Shown piece after piece: positions 32,046-40,820 of a stretch of 64,000 nt of DNA. The position numbers and the translations under genes are program-made. Under the pieces are notes generated by a model. It was not told the origin of the DNA, searched no databases, and worked only from the letters and a program-made list of their open reading frames with translations. The stretch's first letter is position 1. Every line of letters starts with the position of its first letter. Origin of the DNA: an uncultured delta proteobacterium (lineage in GTDB: Bacteria > Desulfobacterota > BSN033 > UBA1163). The stretch is from NCBI GenBank assembly GCA_963708295.1, contig CAVPSJ010000007.1:165797-229796 (forward strand), given 5' to 3'.

Positions 32046-32930
32046 TCAAAATTTAATTTCCGCTCCGATCAGCCCCAACGGTCCCATATTGGCTTTGACG
32101 TGGTTCGGCACTCTTTGGTCGTCTTTAAAGTCAATCCAATTATATTCAACCCCCATGAACAGCAGGACTTTCAAGCGACTGATCTCCACAAGATCATATT
32201 TTCCTACCAGCCCAACCGTGTAAATGTTCGGCAAATTGTTGAAAGGTAAAGACCCAATGGCCTTTCCGGATACGGAGAAGCGCTTTGCCGGAAACCATTC
32301 AAAATCCAGTCCAAGGCGGGGGGTTCCTTTCATGTAACTCCTGCCATCTCTTCCATTGCTTGATTCCAACTCGACACTGAAGTCCCACAGGGCAAAAGCG
32401 ACCGTTGGGGCCATACGGAGATTCATCGGTTTTTTACCAAAATAAATATTGTATTGGTACCCTATCTCATACCAATTCAACTTTACGTCCGATCTGACCC
32501 TCGTCCCTGCTGGATATCCTCTGCCATGGAAAATCAGCTCTTCATCAAGAGTGTTCTTTCCGTTGAGATTCACCAGATGAGCTGAGCCGTAGAGATAGTG
32601 TGAATCCATGCCGGCCGACAGCGAGAGATTGACCATAGTCATCATATCGATCCCTAATTCATCGAATTTTGGCCGTTTGTCGCTCGTTGAAAATGGCGCT
32701 CCTCCGAGGGGAGTCTGCGCATACCCACGGATCGGACCATAGGAACCGGATGCATCAAAATTTAGGTGAAAACCTTTCTCTCGCTCTACTTCAAGATGGG
32801 TCCAACTAAAAAGACCCATGGGGGTCCTCATTTCCTCCGGATTACTTGGCTCAGCATAAACGGTTAGCCCTGCACACATCGTGTAAAGTGTCATAGAAAT
32901 AAATAGCGTTGCTTTATTCAATATTTTCAT
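32046..32930 (-). CDS. Outer-membrane beta-barrel protein
   Basis: Signal peptide, alternating amphipathic strands (WYEIGYQY, MGVEYNWIDF), C-terminal Phe (IGAEIKF). Confidence 0.7.
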   Translation of the reverse strand: MKILNKATLFISMTLYTMCAGLTVYAEPSNPEEMRTPMGLFSWTHLEVEREKGFHLNFDASGSYGPIRGYAQTPLGGAPFSTSDKRPKFDELGIDMMTMVNLSLSAGMDSHYLYGSAHLVNLNGKNTLDEELIFHGRGYPAGTRVRSDVKLNWYEIGYQYNIYFGKKPMNLRMAPTVAFALWDFSVELESSNGRDGRSYMKGTPRLGLDFEWFPAKRFSVSGKAIGSLPFNNLPNIYTVGLVGKYDLVEISRLKVLLFMGVEYNWIDFKDDQRVPNHVKANMGPLGLIGAEIKF

Positions 32931-32988
32931 CGTTGGCTTCCTCTTTCTCGAAATGATTTCAAACAGCCCGAGTGCAAGCCGAAGTAAA

Positions 32989-33123
32989 CTAAATCAGCAT
33001 CGTGTCCTGGTCCCAACCTCGACCATCATTCAGAGTCCCACATCCTGTGACAGAAAATGAGATGGATACCATGGCGAGTAGAACCACTAAGCGGGAGTGC
33101 TTCAAACTGCCGTGAAAGAACAT
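32989..33123 (-). CDS. Small lipoprotein or truncated lipoprotein gene (44 aa)
   Basis: Manual translation MFFHGSLKHSRLVVLLAMVSISFSVTGCGTLNDGRGWDQDTMLI*; lipobox VTGC; below the ORF-track cutoff. Confidence 0.5.
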   Translation of the reverse strand: MFFHGSLKHSRLVVLLAMVSISFSVTGCGTLNDGRGWDQDTMLI

Positions 33124-33239
33124 GCTGACCCATTTCTAAATCATTCCTTTAGAAGATGCAATAATCAAAGAAACTCGTCTGCTGACCCATGCGACCAATT
33201 CCTTCGCCTCATAAATCTGACGGAAATCTTACGAAACAG

Positions 33240-33285
33240 AGATTAAAAAGGAGCTAAATTTGCATGAAGATTTCTTAATCCTGGG
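33240..33285 (-). promoter_or_regulatory. Second copy of the candidate operator, upstream of the small lipoprotein/barrel genes
   Basis: AGATTAAAAAGGAGCTAAATTTGCATGAAGATTTCTTAATCCTGGG. Confidence 0.6.
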
Positions 33286-33294
33286 GGATGGAAT

Positions 33295-34677
33295 TTAGGC
33301 TTTTTGAACGGGGAGATAGACCGTGAAGGTGGAACCTTTATTCAATTCACTCTCGACTTCGATTCTTCCGTGGTGGGCATGCACAATCCATTCGGCGATA
33401 CTCAGCCCCAACCCTACCCCGCCGGTTTCCCTCGATCGGGATTTATCCGTCCGGTAGAAACGCTCAAAAATTTTCTCTTGCTCCTCTTTGGGAATGCCAA
33501 TTCCGGTATCTTTTATTCTAACCAGGCCAGCGCTTTCATTCTTTTCAACCGTGACATGAATAGACCCCTTCGGAGTATATTTGATCGCATTGTCAATCAG
33601 GTTGGTAAAGAGTTGCTGAAGCCGCACCTTGTCCCCCATCACCGTGACCTCTTCCAGAACGCCTATCTCAAGAGAAATATTTTTCTGCTCGGCAAGGACT
33701 TGGAAAAGATGGCATAGGTCCTGAATCAGAAGGTCCAAACGAAGGGGAGCTCTCTTCAACTCGACCTGGGTGGTATCGAACTTAGAGAGGAGGATCAGGT
33801 CATTGATCATCTGGTTCAGGTGGTCAAATTGTTCTATGAAATGGGCCAGGCCTTCCTGATACTCTTCGGCTTTTCTCTCCTTTAAAAGTAAAACCTCTGC
33901 TTCTCCTCTCATGGCACAAATGGGTGTCTTCAATTCATGAGAAGCATCCGCAGTAAACTCAGCCATTCGCTTAAAGGAACTCTCCAACCGGGCCATCATT
34001 TCATTGATCGTCCGAATGAGATCGTCCATCTCATCGCCTGTCCCTCTCGGAGTCAATCGCTCGCTCAGGTTTTGAGAGGAAATGCTTCGGGCCTTCGAGG
34101 CAATGTAACCGATGGGAGCAAGGGACCTTCTGGCAAGTATCCATCCCCCCATGGTTCCTAATACCAATATGATCGGGAGGGCGACCAATATATTGCTTGT
34201 GAAATGCGACAGGTTCTTTCTGACAAAACGAAGATGGGTTCCCAGTTGGATAATTCCAGTGAGTTCTCCATTCCCATAAATGGGAGTGCTGATGATACGA
34301 TACGGTGTTTTGCTTCCGCCCGAACGGATTTCCTCCCGGGTCTCCTTCCTGTTCCTGGCATTGGTCAACACCCGATCATGAGTGACATACCCTATCTCTC
34401 GAAACTCTTTCGAAATGTAGATCGGTTTCCCCTCCTTATCCAGGATTTGGAAAAAGAAGGGATAATACTTCCTGGCCATCACTTCGTCTTCGAATCTCAT
34501 CAGAAAATATGTCTCTTGGGGCTTCTTGGATAAAACCTTCTCCATCTCATTCGTCTCGTCAAGAAGAAACTGGTCGATCTCTTTGAGGAGTTGATGCTCC
34601 AACCTGAAGTAAAAGAACGTACAGATCACGAGAGCAGAGATCAAGAAGGTGAATACATACCAGACGGTCATCTTCAC
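33295..34677 (-). CDS. Sensor histidine kinase (2 TM, HAMP, HisKA, HATPase; CusS/ColS/PmrB-like)
   Basis: FTADASHELKTP, NLIDNAIKYT, DTGIGI, GVGLGL. Confidence 0.9.
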   Translation of the reverse strand: MKMTVWYVFTFLISALVICTFFYFRLEHQLLKEIDQFLLDETNEMEKVLSKKPQETYFLMRFEDEVMARKYYPFFFQILDKEGKPIYISKEFREIGYVTHDRVLTNARNRKETREEIRSGGSKTPYRIISTPIYGNGELTGIIQLGTHLRFVRKNLSHFTSNILVALPIILVLGTMGGWILARRSLAPIGYIASKARSISSQNLSERLTPRGTGDEMDDLIRTINEMMARLESSFKRMAEFTADASHELKTPICAMRGEAEVLLLKERKAEEYQEGLAHFIEQFDHLNQMINDLILLSKFDTTQVELKRAPLRLDLLIQDLCHLFQVLAEQKNISLEIGVLEEVTVMGDKVRLQQLFTNLIDNAIKYTPKGSIHVTVEKNESAGLVRIKDTGIGIPKEEQEKIFERFYRTDKSRSRETGGVGLGLSIAEWIVHAHHGRIEVESELNKGSTFTVYLPVQKA

Positions 34678-34697
34678 AGTCGGTTCTTCGGTGAAAC

Positions 34698-35376
34698 TTA
34701 CCCCCGATCTTCCAGGACATATCCAACCCCTTTCACCGTATGGAGAAGCTTCGGCTCAAAATCCTTGTCAATCTTGTTCCGAAGATGCGAAACGTGGACA
34801 TCGACGATGTTGGTGGACGTATCGAAGTGATAGTCGAAGATCTTTTCGGAGATCATGGTCCGGGTGATGATCTCGCCCGGGTGTCTCATGAAGAATTCAA
34901 GGAGGGCATATTCTTTCGGCGTGAGTTCGACCTTTGTTCTCTCCCGAAAAACCCGATGTCCCTCCGGTTCTAAAATGAGGTTGGCCATTCTGTATTCGCG
35001 AAGGCGAAGGGACTGCCTTGCCCCTTCGAAGGATCGCCTGAATCCTGGCCAGTAATTCATTAAAAGAGAAAGGTTTGGTGACGTAGTCATCTGCCCCCAA
35101 ATTCAAACCGTGAACAATGTCACTCTCCGAATCCTTAGCGGTCAAAAAGATCACCGGCGTTTGAATATTCGCGGCTCTGACCTTTTTCAGGACTTCCCGC
35201 CCGTCGATTTTGGGAAGCAGAATATCGAGGATGACGAGGTCGTATTTCATACGGAGGACAGCGTCTAATCCTTCTTCTCCGTCGGCAGCCACATCCACAG
35301 AAAATGAGTTTTCCAGCAGACCTTTCCTGACGAATCGAACGATGCCTTTGTCGTCTTCGACCAGTAAAATTCTCAT
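34698..35376 (-). CDS. OmpR-family response regulator (frameshift near 35015)
   Basis: MRILLVEDD, ILDILLP, FLTA, GADDYVTKPF; winged helix LTPKEYALL..NIVDVHV..LR.K..TVKGVGY in ORF 34698-35090. Confidence 0.9.
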
Positions 35377-35616
35377 CGAGTTTCATTCTAACAAATCCCT
35401 CCAAGAATTCAAACCGTTCTTCAAAAGGGGCACCTTGACATTACAAGAAAATCTCACGCCAGGTACCTAGGCGAGCCCCGCCTCCGGCGGGACATGGGGG
35501 CAAACAATCACCCTCCGCTTTTCAAGGTTTCGGAAAGGCGATACTTTTGACCCGATCGCAACGGAGACGGAGGGGACACCTTGAAAATTGCCCTCTGATT
35601 GCTTATGATGGAGACC

Positions 35617-37134
35617 ATGAAAAAAAGGGATCTCCTCTTGAGTCTCCTTTCGGGAATTCTCCTCATCCTCTCTTTCCCTAATTTTGATGTTGAAGTCCTG
35701 GCCTGGTTTGCATTGGTTCCTCTCTTCTTTTCCATAGAAGGGAAAGGACTCTACCGCAGTTTCATATTAGGGTTTTTAACCGGCGTCTTCTCCTTTCTTG
35801 GAATCCTTTACTGGATCATTGTGGCGGTCCACACGTATGGGAACGTCCCCCTGGTCCCGAGCGCCTTCATCCTGCTGCTTTTGGTGGTCTACTTAAGCCT
35901 CTACTTCGGGGCCTTTGCATGTTTGACCCGATTCGTCCAGATTCGCACAGGGCTGAGGACTCTCCTTTTTACCCCGGTCCTCTGGGTGGCCTTAGAATAT
36001 CTCCGTTCTTTCCTTTTGACGGGGTTTCCTTGGGCGGACCTGGGTTATTCTCAATATCGCAACCTTCCTTTTATACAAATGGCAGATATCACAGGGCCTT
36101 ATGGTCCCTCTTTCGTCATCCTTTTGGTGAATGCCGCTCTCTTTGGCGTGCTCCATTCACGGTCGAAAAAGACTTTTCCCTTCAAAGAAGCGACGATCAC
36201 CGTCGTCATTCTGCTGGGGTCTCTGATCTACGGATATTTAAGAATGGAGGCTACAGGCCGACACATGATCCAAAATCCTCCCTTGAAGATCGGATTGGTC
36301 CAGGGAAACATCGACCAATCCGTCAAATGGGATGAATCCTTTCAGAAAGAGACCTTACAGATCTATGAGAGACTCTCTTTCAAGGTGGCGGAGCAAAAGC
36401 CAGACCTCATCATCTGGCCCGAAACAGCCACCCCTTTCTTTTTTCAAGATGCCACGGAATACCGGCCTCTGATCCTGGATATCCCGAAAAAGACCCATGC
36501 CTTTCTGCTCTTCGGAACCCCTTCTTACAAGATACAGAAAGAGAAAGTGAACCATTACAACAGTGCTTATCTGGCCTCTCCTTCGGGAGAATGGGTGGGT
36601 AAGTATGATAAGATCCACCTTGTCCCTTTCGGTGAGTACATCCCCATGCAGGATCTTCTTTTCTTCATCGGATCTCTGGGGGAAGGCATTGGAGACTTCA
36701 AATCCGGGAAAGAAATCTTCAATTTCTCACTGCCTCACGGCAAATTTGGGGTGCTCATCTGCTTTGAAATCATCTTTCCGGATCTCAGCCGGAGGTTCGT
36801 CAAAAAGGGCGCAAACTTTCTGGTCACCCTCACAAACGACGCTTGGTTCGGGAGAACCTCTGCCCCTTACCAGCACTTCTCCATGGCTGCGTTCAGGGCT
36901 GTGGAAAATCGCGTCTTCGTTGCCAGGGCGGCCAACACCGGAATCACCGGGTTCATCGATCCAAGAGGAAAGATATTAAAAGAAGGAGGCATTTTCACAG
37001 AAGAGGCGATGACCGAGACGGTCCGGCTCTCGAGTCGGAAGACGTTCTATACCCTTTTTGGAGATCTTTTCGCCTGGGTCTGCTCCGGCTTCTCGATACT
37101 CATCGGGCTGTATGCGCTTTTCAAAAAATCGTAA
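35617..37134 (+). CDS. lnt: Apolipoprotein N-acyltransferase
   Basis: TGFPW, VQGNIDQ..KW, WPETA, YDKIHLVPFGEY, ICFE, TNDAWFG, RAVE..RAANTG. Confidence 0.95.
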   Translation: MKKRDLLLSLLSGILLILSFPNFDVEVLAWFALVPLFFSIEGKGLYRSFILGFLTGVFSFLGILYWIIVAVHTYGNVPLVPSAFILLLLVVYLSLYFGAFACLTRFVQIRTGLRTLLFTPVLWVALEYLRSFLLTGFPWADLGYSQYRNLPFIQMADITGPYGPSFVILLVNAALFGVLHSRSKKTFPFKEATITVVILLGSLIYGYLRMEATGRHMIQNPPLKIGLVQGNIDQSVKWDESFQKETLQIYERLSFKVAEQKPDLIIWPETATPFFFQDATEYRPLILDIPKKTHAFLLFGTPSYKIQKEKVNHYNSAYLASPSGEWVGKYDKIHLVPFGEYIPMQDLLFFIGSLGEGIGDFKSGKEIFNFSLPHGKFGVLICFEIIFPDLSRRFVKKGANFLVTLTNDAWFGRTSAPYQHFSMAAFRAVENRVFVARAANTGITGFIDPRGKILKEGGIFTEEAMTETVRLSSRKTFYTLFGDLFAWVCSGFSILIGLYALFKKS

Positions 37135-37500
37135 CACGTTGGCCGTCCAAAACGATTTTCTTAAAGTCCCTTCCCCCCCTTTTTCAACGCGAAGGAGTGA
37201 AGAAATCGAACGGATGGATCAAGCCAGGAGGATGGGTGAATTGATGAAGCTTTAGAGCGCCACCTTCGGAAATTGAAGCACTGTGCTCTGTCGCGCATAA
37301 ACACGTATTTTTGCTGATAGGGCTGATGACCCTCAACCTCAACGAGCGCATTCTAAAGCTTCGGAAATCCACCCACCCTGCCAGGACGACGGCTGACGAA
37401 ATCAAATTTTTCACATCTCCAGGGGGGTGAAGAAGGATTGGATGGAGTTTTCAGAAAGGCAAACGCTTTCCAAGAATCTAAACCCGAGGGAAAACATCCG

Positions 37501-38406
37501 ATGAGAATTCGAAAACCAGGGAAAGTACGTGAGGGGATTTGGTGTCTGGGTCGAGAAGAATCCGGGGTTTATCTGATCGAGGGAGAGGACAGTTCCATGC
37601 TGGTCAGCGGAGGCATGAGCTATATCGTCCCCGACATGCTCCGGCAGTTGGAGGAATTTGGCGTCGATGAGAATCGGATTAGGAAACTCTTAATCCTGCA
37701 CTCCCACTTCGATCACGTGGGCATCGTCCCCTTCTTCAAGCGCCGCCTGCCGGCGATGGAAGTTTATGCCTCGCAGAGAGCCTGGGAGGTTCTTCAGATG
37801 GACAAGGCCATCCTGACGATCAATGAATTCGGGAGAAGTGTGGCGCAGAGGATGGGAAAAGGGAATGTCTATTCAGATTACGACCTGGAATGGAGAAAGG
37901 ATGTTTCGGGCAAGACCGTCCGGGAAGGGGACCGAATTAATTTAGGGGGAGTGGAGGTCTCCGTTTTAGAAATCCCTGGCCATTCCTCATGCTGTATCGC
38001 GGCGTATCTCCCGGAGTTAAAGGCTCTCTTTCCCACCGACGGGGGCGGCATTCCATTCGGCCAGACGATCGTCAGCTCAGGGAACTCCAATTACACCCAG
38101 TATCAGCAAAGTCTCGAGAGGCTGAAGGACCTTGAAGTGGACTACTATTGCGCGGACCACTACGGCTATATCACGGAAGCGGAGGCCAGAGAATATATCT
38201 CTAAGTCGATCGAAAGTGCGAAGAAAAACCGCGCCCAGATGGAGGAAATCTACCGCGCCACTCAAGACATTGATGCCGCGGCCCAGAAACTGACTTCTTC
38301 CTTCTATGAAGAAAACCCCGGCTACTTCCTCTCTCCCCAAATCTTTCTCGACGTGCATCGACAGATGGTGCGACACTTGGCCACCGCAATGGAGGGGAAG
38401 GTTTAG
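37501..38406 (+). CDS. Metallo-beta-lactamase-fold hydrolase
   Basis: LHSHFDHVG, PGHS, LFPTD, ADH. Confidence 0.82.
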   Translation: MRIRKPGKVREGIWCLGREESGVYLIEGEDSSMLVSGGMSYIVPDMLRQLEEFGVDENRIRKLLILHSHFDHVGIVPFFKRRLPAMEVYASQRAWEVLQMDKAILTINEFGRSVAQRMGKGNVYSDYDLEWRKDVSGKTVREGDRINLGGVEVSVLEIPGHSSCCIAAYLPELKALFPTDGGGIPFGQTIVSSGNSNYTQYQQSLERLKDLEVDYYCADHYGYITEAEAREYISKSIESAKKNRAQMEEIYRATQDIDAAAQKLTSSFYEENPGYFLSPQIFLDVHRQMVRHLATAMEGKV

Positions 38407-38446
38407 GCCAGAATTCTTATCATCTTGTCCGAAAGAGCGACCGGCC

Positions 38447-38875
38447 TCATTCGGATGGAGCGATGCGGGAGGGGAACGGAAAGGGGCGGATGTTCTCACC
38501 TCGTGTGAATTGACTGCTGAGGAGTTGCTTCAGTTTCCCGCGATCCTCCTCTAAAATCTGGATGATTTTCAACCCGTATTGATAGCCTTCCGTTTTGTTG
38601 TAAAAATGAAGATCTTTCCAGATGATTTCACCCGTGACTTCAAGGTCGGCTAATTCGTATCCTGCGAGGAACAGGACGACGATGCGTAATTTCAATCCCA
38701 AGGGCATGTCCCTGGCAGAATGAATGAGAAGTCCTCCCTCGCTTGCATTGACCACGAGCCCACCGTGGACGTGGGGGCGGTCTTTTATTCGGTACTCGAC
38801 GGGGAGGTCCACGAGTGACCGGGCATATTCTCTTCTCTCTTTAAACCCACTGGGATTTTCCACGGATTCCTCCAT
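38447..38875 (-). CDS. Stand-alone PilZ domain protein
   Basis: RREYAR (RxxxR) and NASEGG (D/NxSxxG). Confidence 0.8.
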   Translation of the reverse strand: MEESVENPSGFKERREYARSLVDLPVEYRIKDRPHVHGGLVVNASEGGLLIHSARDMPLGLKLRIVVLFLAGYELADLEVTGEIIWKDLHFYNKTEGYQYGLKIIQILEEDRGKLKQLLSSQFTRGENIRPFPFPSRIAPSE

Positions 38876-38908
38876 TTCGTAATATGTAAGAATAGAGGCT
38901 TAAACGGC

Positions 38909-39805
38909 TTATTTCTCAACCCCTTTTGTTTTATTAAGGCGCTCTTCCGGGGAGGGGTAACGGACGACGTTTCTTCTTTCGATGGGCAATATCAGAGAGA
39001 TGAAGGTCATCGGTTTATCGTCGTATACCTTATATCTCATCATCCCTCGGTTCTTGCTGGCGATTTGTTTTACCAGTTTCAGGATGAGTTCAATCGCTTC
39101 TTCTTGCTCAGAGTGAACTGAAATCCCAGGGGAGATCTCATTCTCGTTACCCGGTTTCCCGTCCCTGTCACTTGTGGAAACAGCCAAGATTTCCATGTAT
39201 TTTCTATCCTTCCACACCTGGCTTTTCTCTTCTTCGCTTAATCCCTCCAAGTCGAACAATCTCGTCAAAAACCCGATGCTCCCCCCAGGACGAATCGAAA
39301 GGAGAAGGCATTCCATAACGGAGTTCAAGAGATATCGAAGCTGCTCATCGGGTAGAATCGCTTCAGGAAGGTCCTTGTCAAATTGTTTCTTAATGATTTT
39401 GATCTCTCTCTCTTCCAATTCACGTTCATGCTTTTTGATCACCTCTTCAACGAGGGTATTTACTGTATTTCTTTTCATCATGGGAGTGCTGAAGGCGAGA
39501 TAATCATCAAAACAATTTATCAATGAAATCGTCTTCTCGATATCCTCATTAACAATTTTGCAGAACTGCTCTCCCAATTCCTGATCCTTGAAATTGTCCT
39601 TCGAAAGATGAGCAAAGGCTTGCATGGCGGAGAGACTGGCTTTGATTCGGGTTAACAGTTCATCATAATAAAGGGGTAGAGGAGGAGCGTTTTGCCCCTT
39701 CGAAGAGACTTGCTCGTTGGATGAGGATGTTTTTTTCTCCTCTTTCTGCAAAAAAGAAGAGAGAAAATTCTGATCACCGTTTGCCATGGATGAGCTGCTT
39801 CCCAC
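38909..39805 (-). CDS. Degenerate histidine-kinase-like protein
   Basis: DHp-like helices, DLPEAILPDEQLRYLLNSV and LKLVKQIASKNRG follow kinase architecture, but H, N and G boxes are not conserved. Confidence 0.55.
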   Translation of the reverse strand: MGSSSSMANGDQNFLSSFLQKEEKKTSSSNEQVSSKGQNAPPLPLYYDELLTRIKASLSAMQAFAHLSKDNFKDQELGEQFCKIVNEDIEKTISLINCFDDYLAFSTPMMKRNTVNTLVEEVIKKHERELEEREIKIIKKQFDKDLPEAILPDEQLRYLLNSVMECLLLSIRPGGSIGFLTRLFDLEGLSEEEKSQVWKDRKYMEILAVSTSDRDGKPGNENEISPGISVHSEQEEAIELILKLVKQIASKNRGMMRYKVYDDKPMTFISLILPIERRNVVRYPSPEERLNKTKGVEK

Positions 39806-40119
39806 TTTAGTGTAAAATTGTGCATTTTTAATGCCAAGTCGCGGAAAGTCTTGTAAGTTATTATTATTAGGGAATTTTCTGACTCCCTGATGTCTTTCGC
39901 AAGAATGAAAGTGACAAATCTTGTCATAATGATCTATTTTTGCTTCGCCTTCTCGTTAAATCCCACCCTCCCCCCCTGTACTTACCCTTTGACCTTGCCG
40001 TCTTTTCGTTTATAATAAATCCAGCCTCCAACGGTATCGTTACTAAATCAGATCCTCTCCAAGAGGGGCAGATTTGGAGCTTTTTGCTCAATGAAAAGCT
40101 CTGAAGAAAGGATGATAAA

Positions 40120-40698
40120 ATGGCGAAGGTGGTGGCATTCAATGGAAGCTCTCGGAAAGATGGCAACACCGCCATTCTTTTGAATCTGGTGCTCGATGAG
40201 CTGCAACAGGATGGGATCGAAACAGAGCTGATTCAATTGGCCGGGGAAACTCTATCCGGTTGTAAGGCCTGCTACAAATGTGCAGAAAATAAGGACCAAA
40301 AATGTGCAGTGGCGAAAGATCGAGTCAACGAATATATCGCCAAGATGCAACAAGCCGAAGGGATCCTTCTGGGCTCTCCCACTTATATCTCGGACATGAC
40401 GGCCAATATGAAGGCCCTCATTGAACGGAGCACGATCGTATCCCGCTCCAACGGAGATCTGTTCAAGCGAAAGGTGGGGGCAGCTGTGATTGCTGTCCGT
40501 CGTGCCGGCTCGACTCATGTCCTCAGCTCGATGAATTATTTTTTCCTGATCAACCAGATGATGATCCCGGGTTCCAGTTACTGGAACCTGGGAATCGGTC
40601 GAAACCCCGGGGAAGTTAGAAATGATGCCGAAGGCATTCAGACGATGAAGACTCTGGGCCAGAACATGGCGTGGCTTCTCAAAAAGATCTGCGGTTAA
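40120..40698 (+). CDS. Iron-sulfur flavoprotein (Isf/NADPH-dependent FMN reductase family)
   Basis: GSSRKDGNT, GCKACYKC..KC, GSPTY, RRAG, GSSYWN, LGQNMAWLLK. Confidence 0.88.
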   Translation: MAKVVAFNGSSRKDGNTAILLNLVLDELQQDGIETELIQLAGETLSGCKACYKCAENKDQKCAVAKDRVNEYIAKMQQAEGILLGSPTYISDMTANMKALIERSTIVSRSNGDLFKRKVGAAVIAVRRAGSTHVLSSMNYFFLINQMMIPGSSYWNLGIGRNPGEVRNDAEGIQTMKTLGQNMAWLLKKICG

Positions 40699-40820
40699 GG
40701 GCGGTTGTAAGAAAAGACCCTGTCATCGTGCTTTGAAGAGACCGATCACCCTCGCCAAGACGCCTGACCATCCCTGGAGCGGCGGAATTTTATCCTCCGA
40801 TTCGAAATTCCTGCATTTCT

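Noticed and set aside
15540-35500. Prophage or integrative element
   Set aside because: No integrase, transposase, phage genes, tRNA target or clear att repeats
37140-37500. prfB or another gene after lnt
   Set aside because: Only short ORFs with no recognisable motifs
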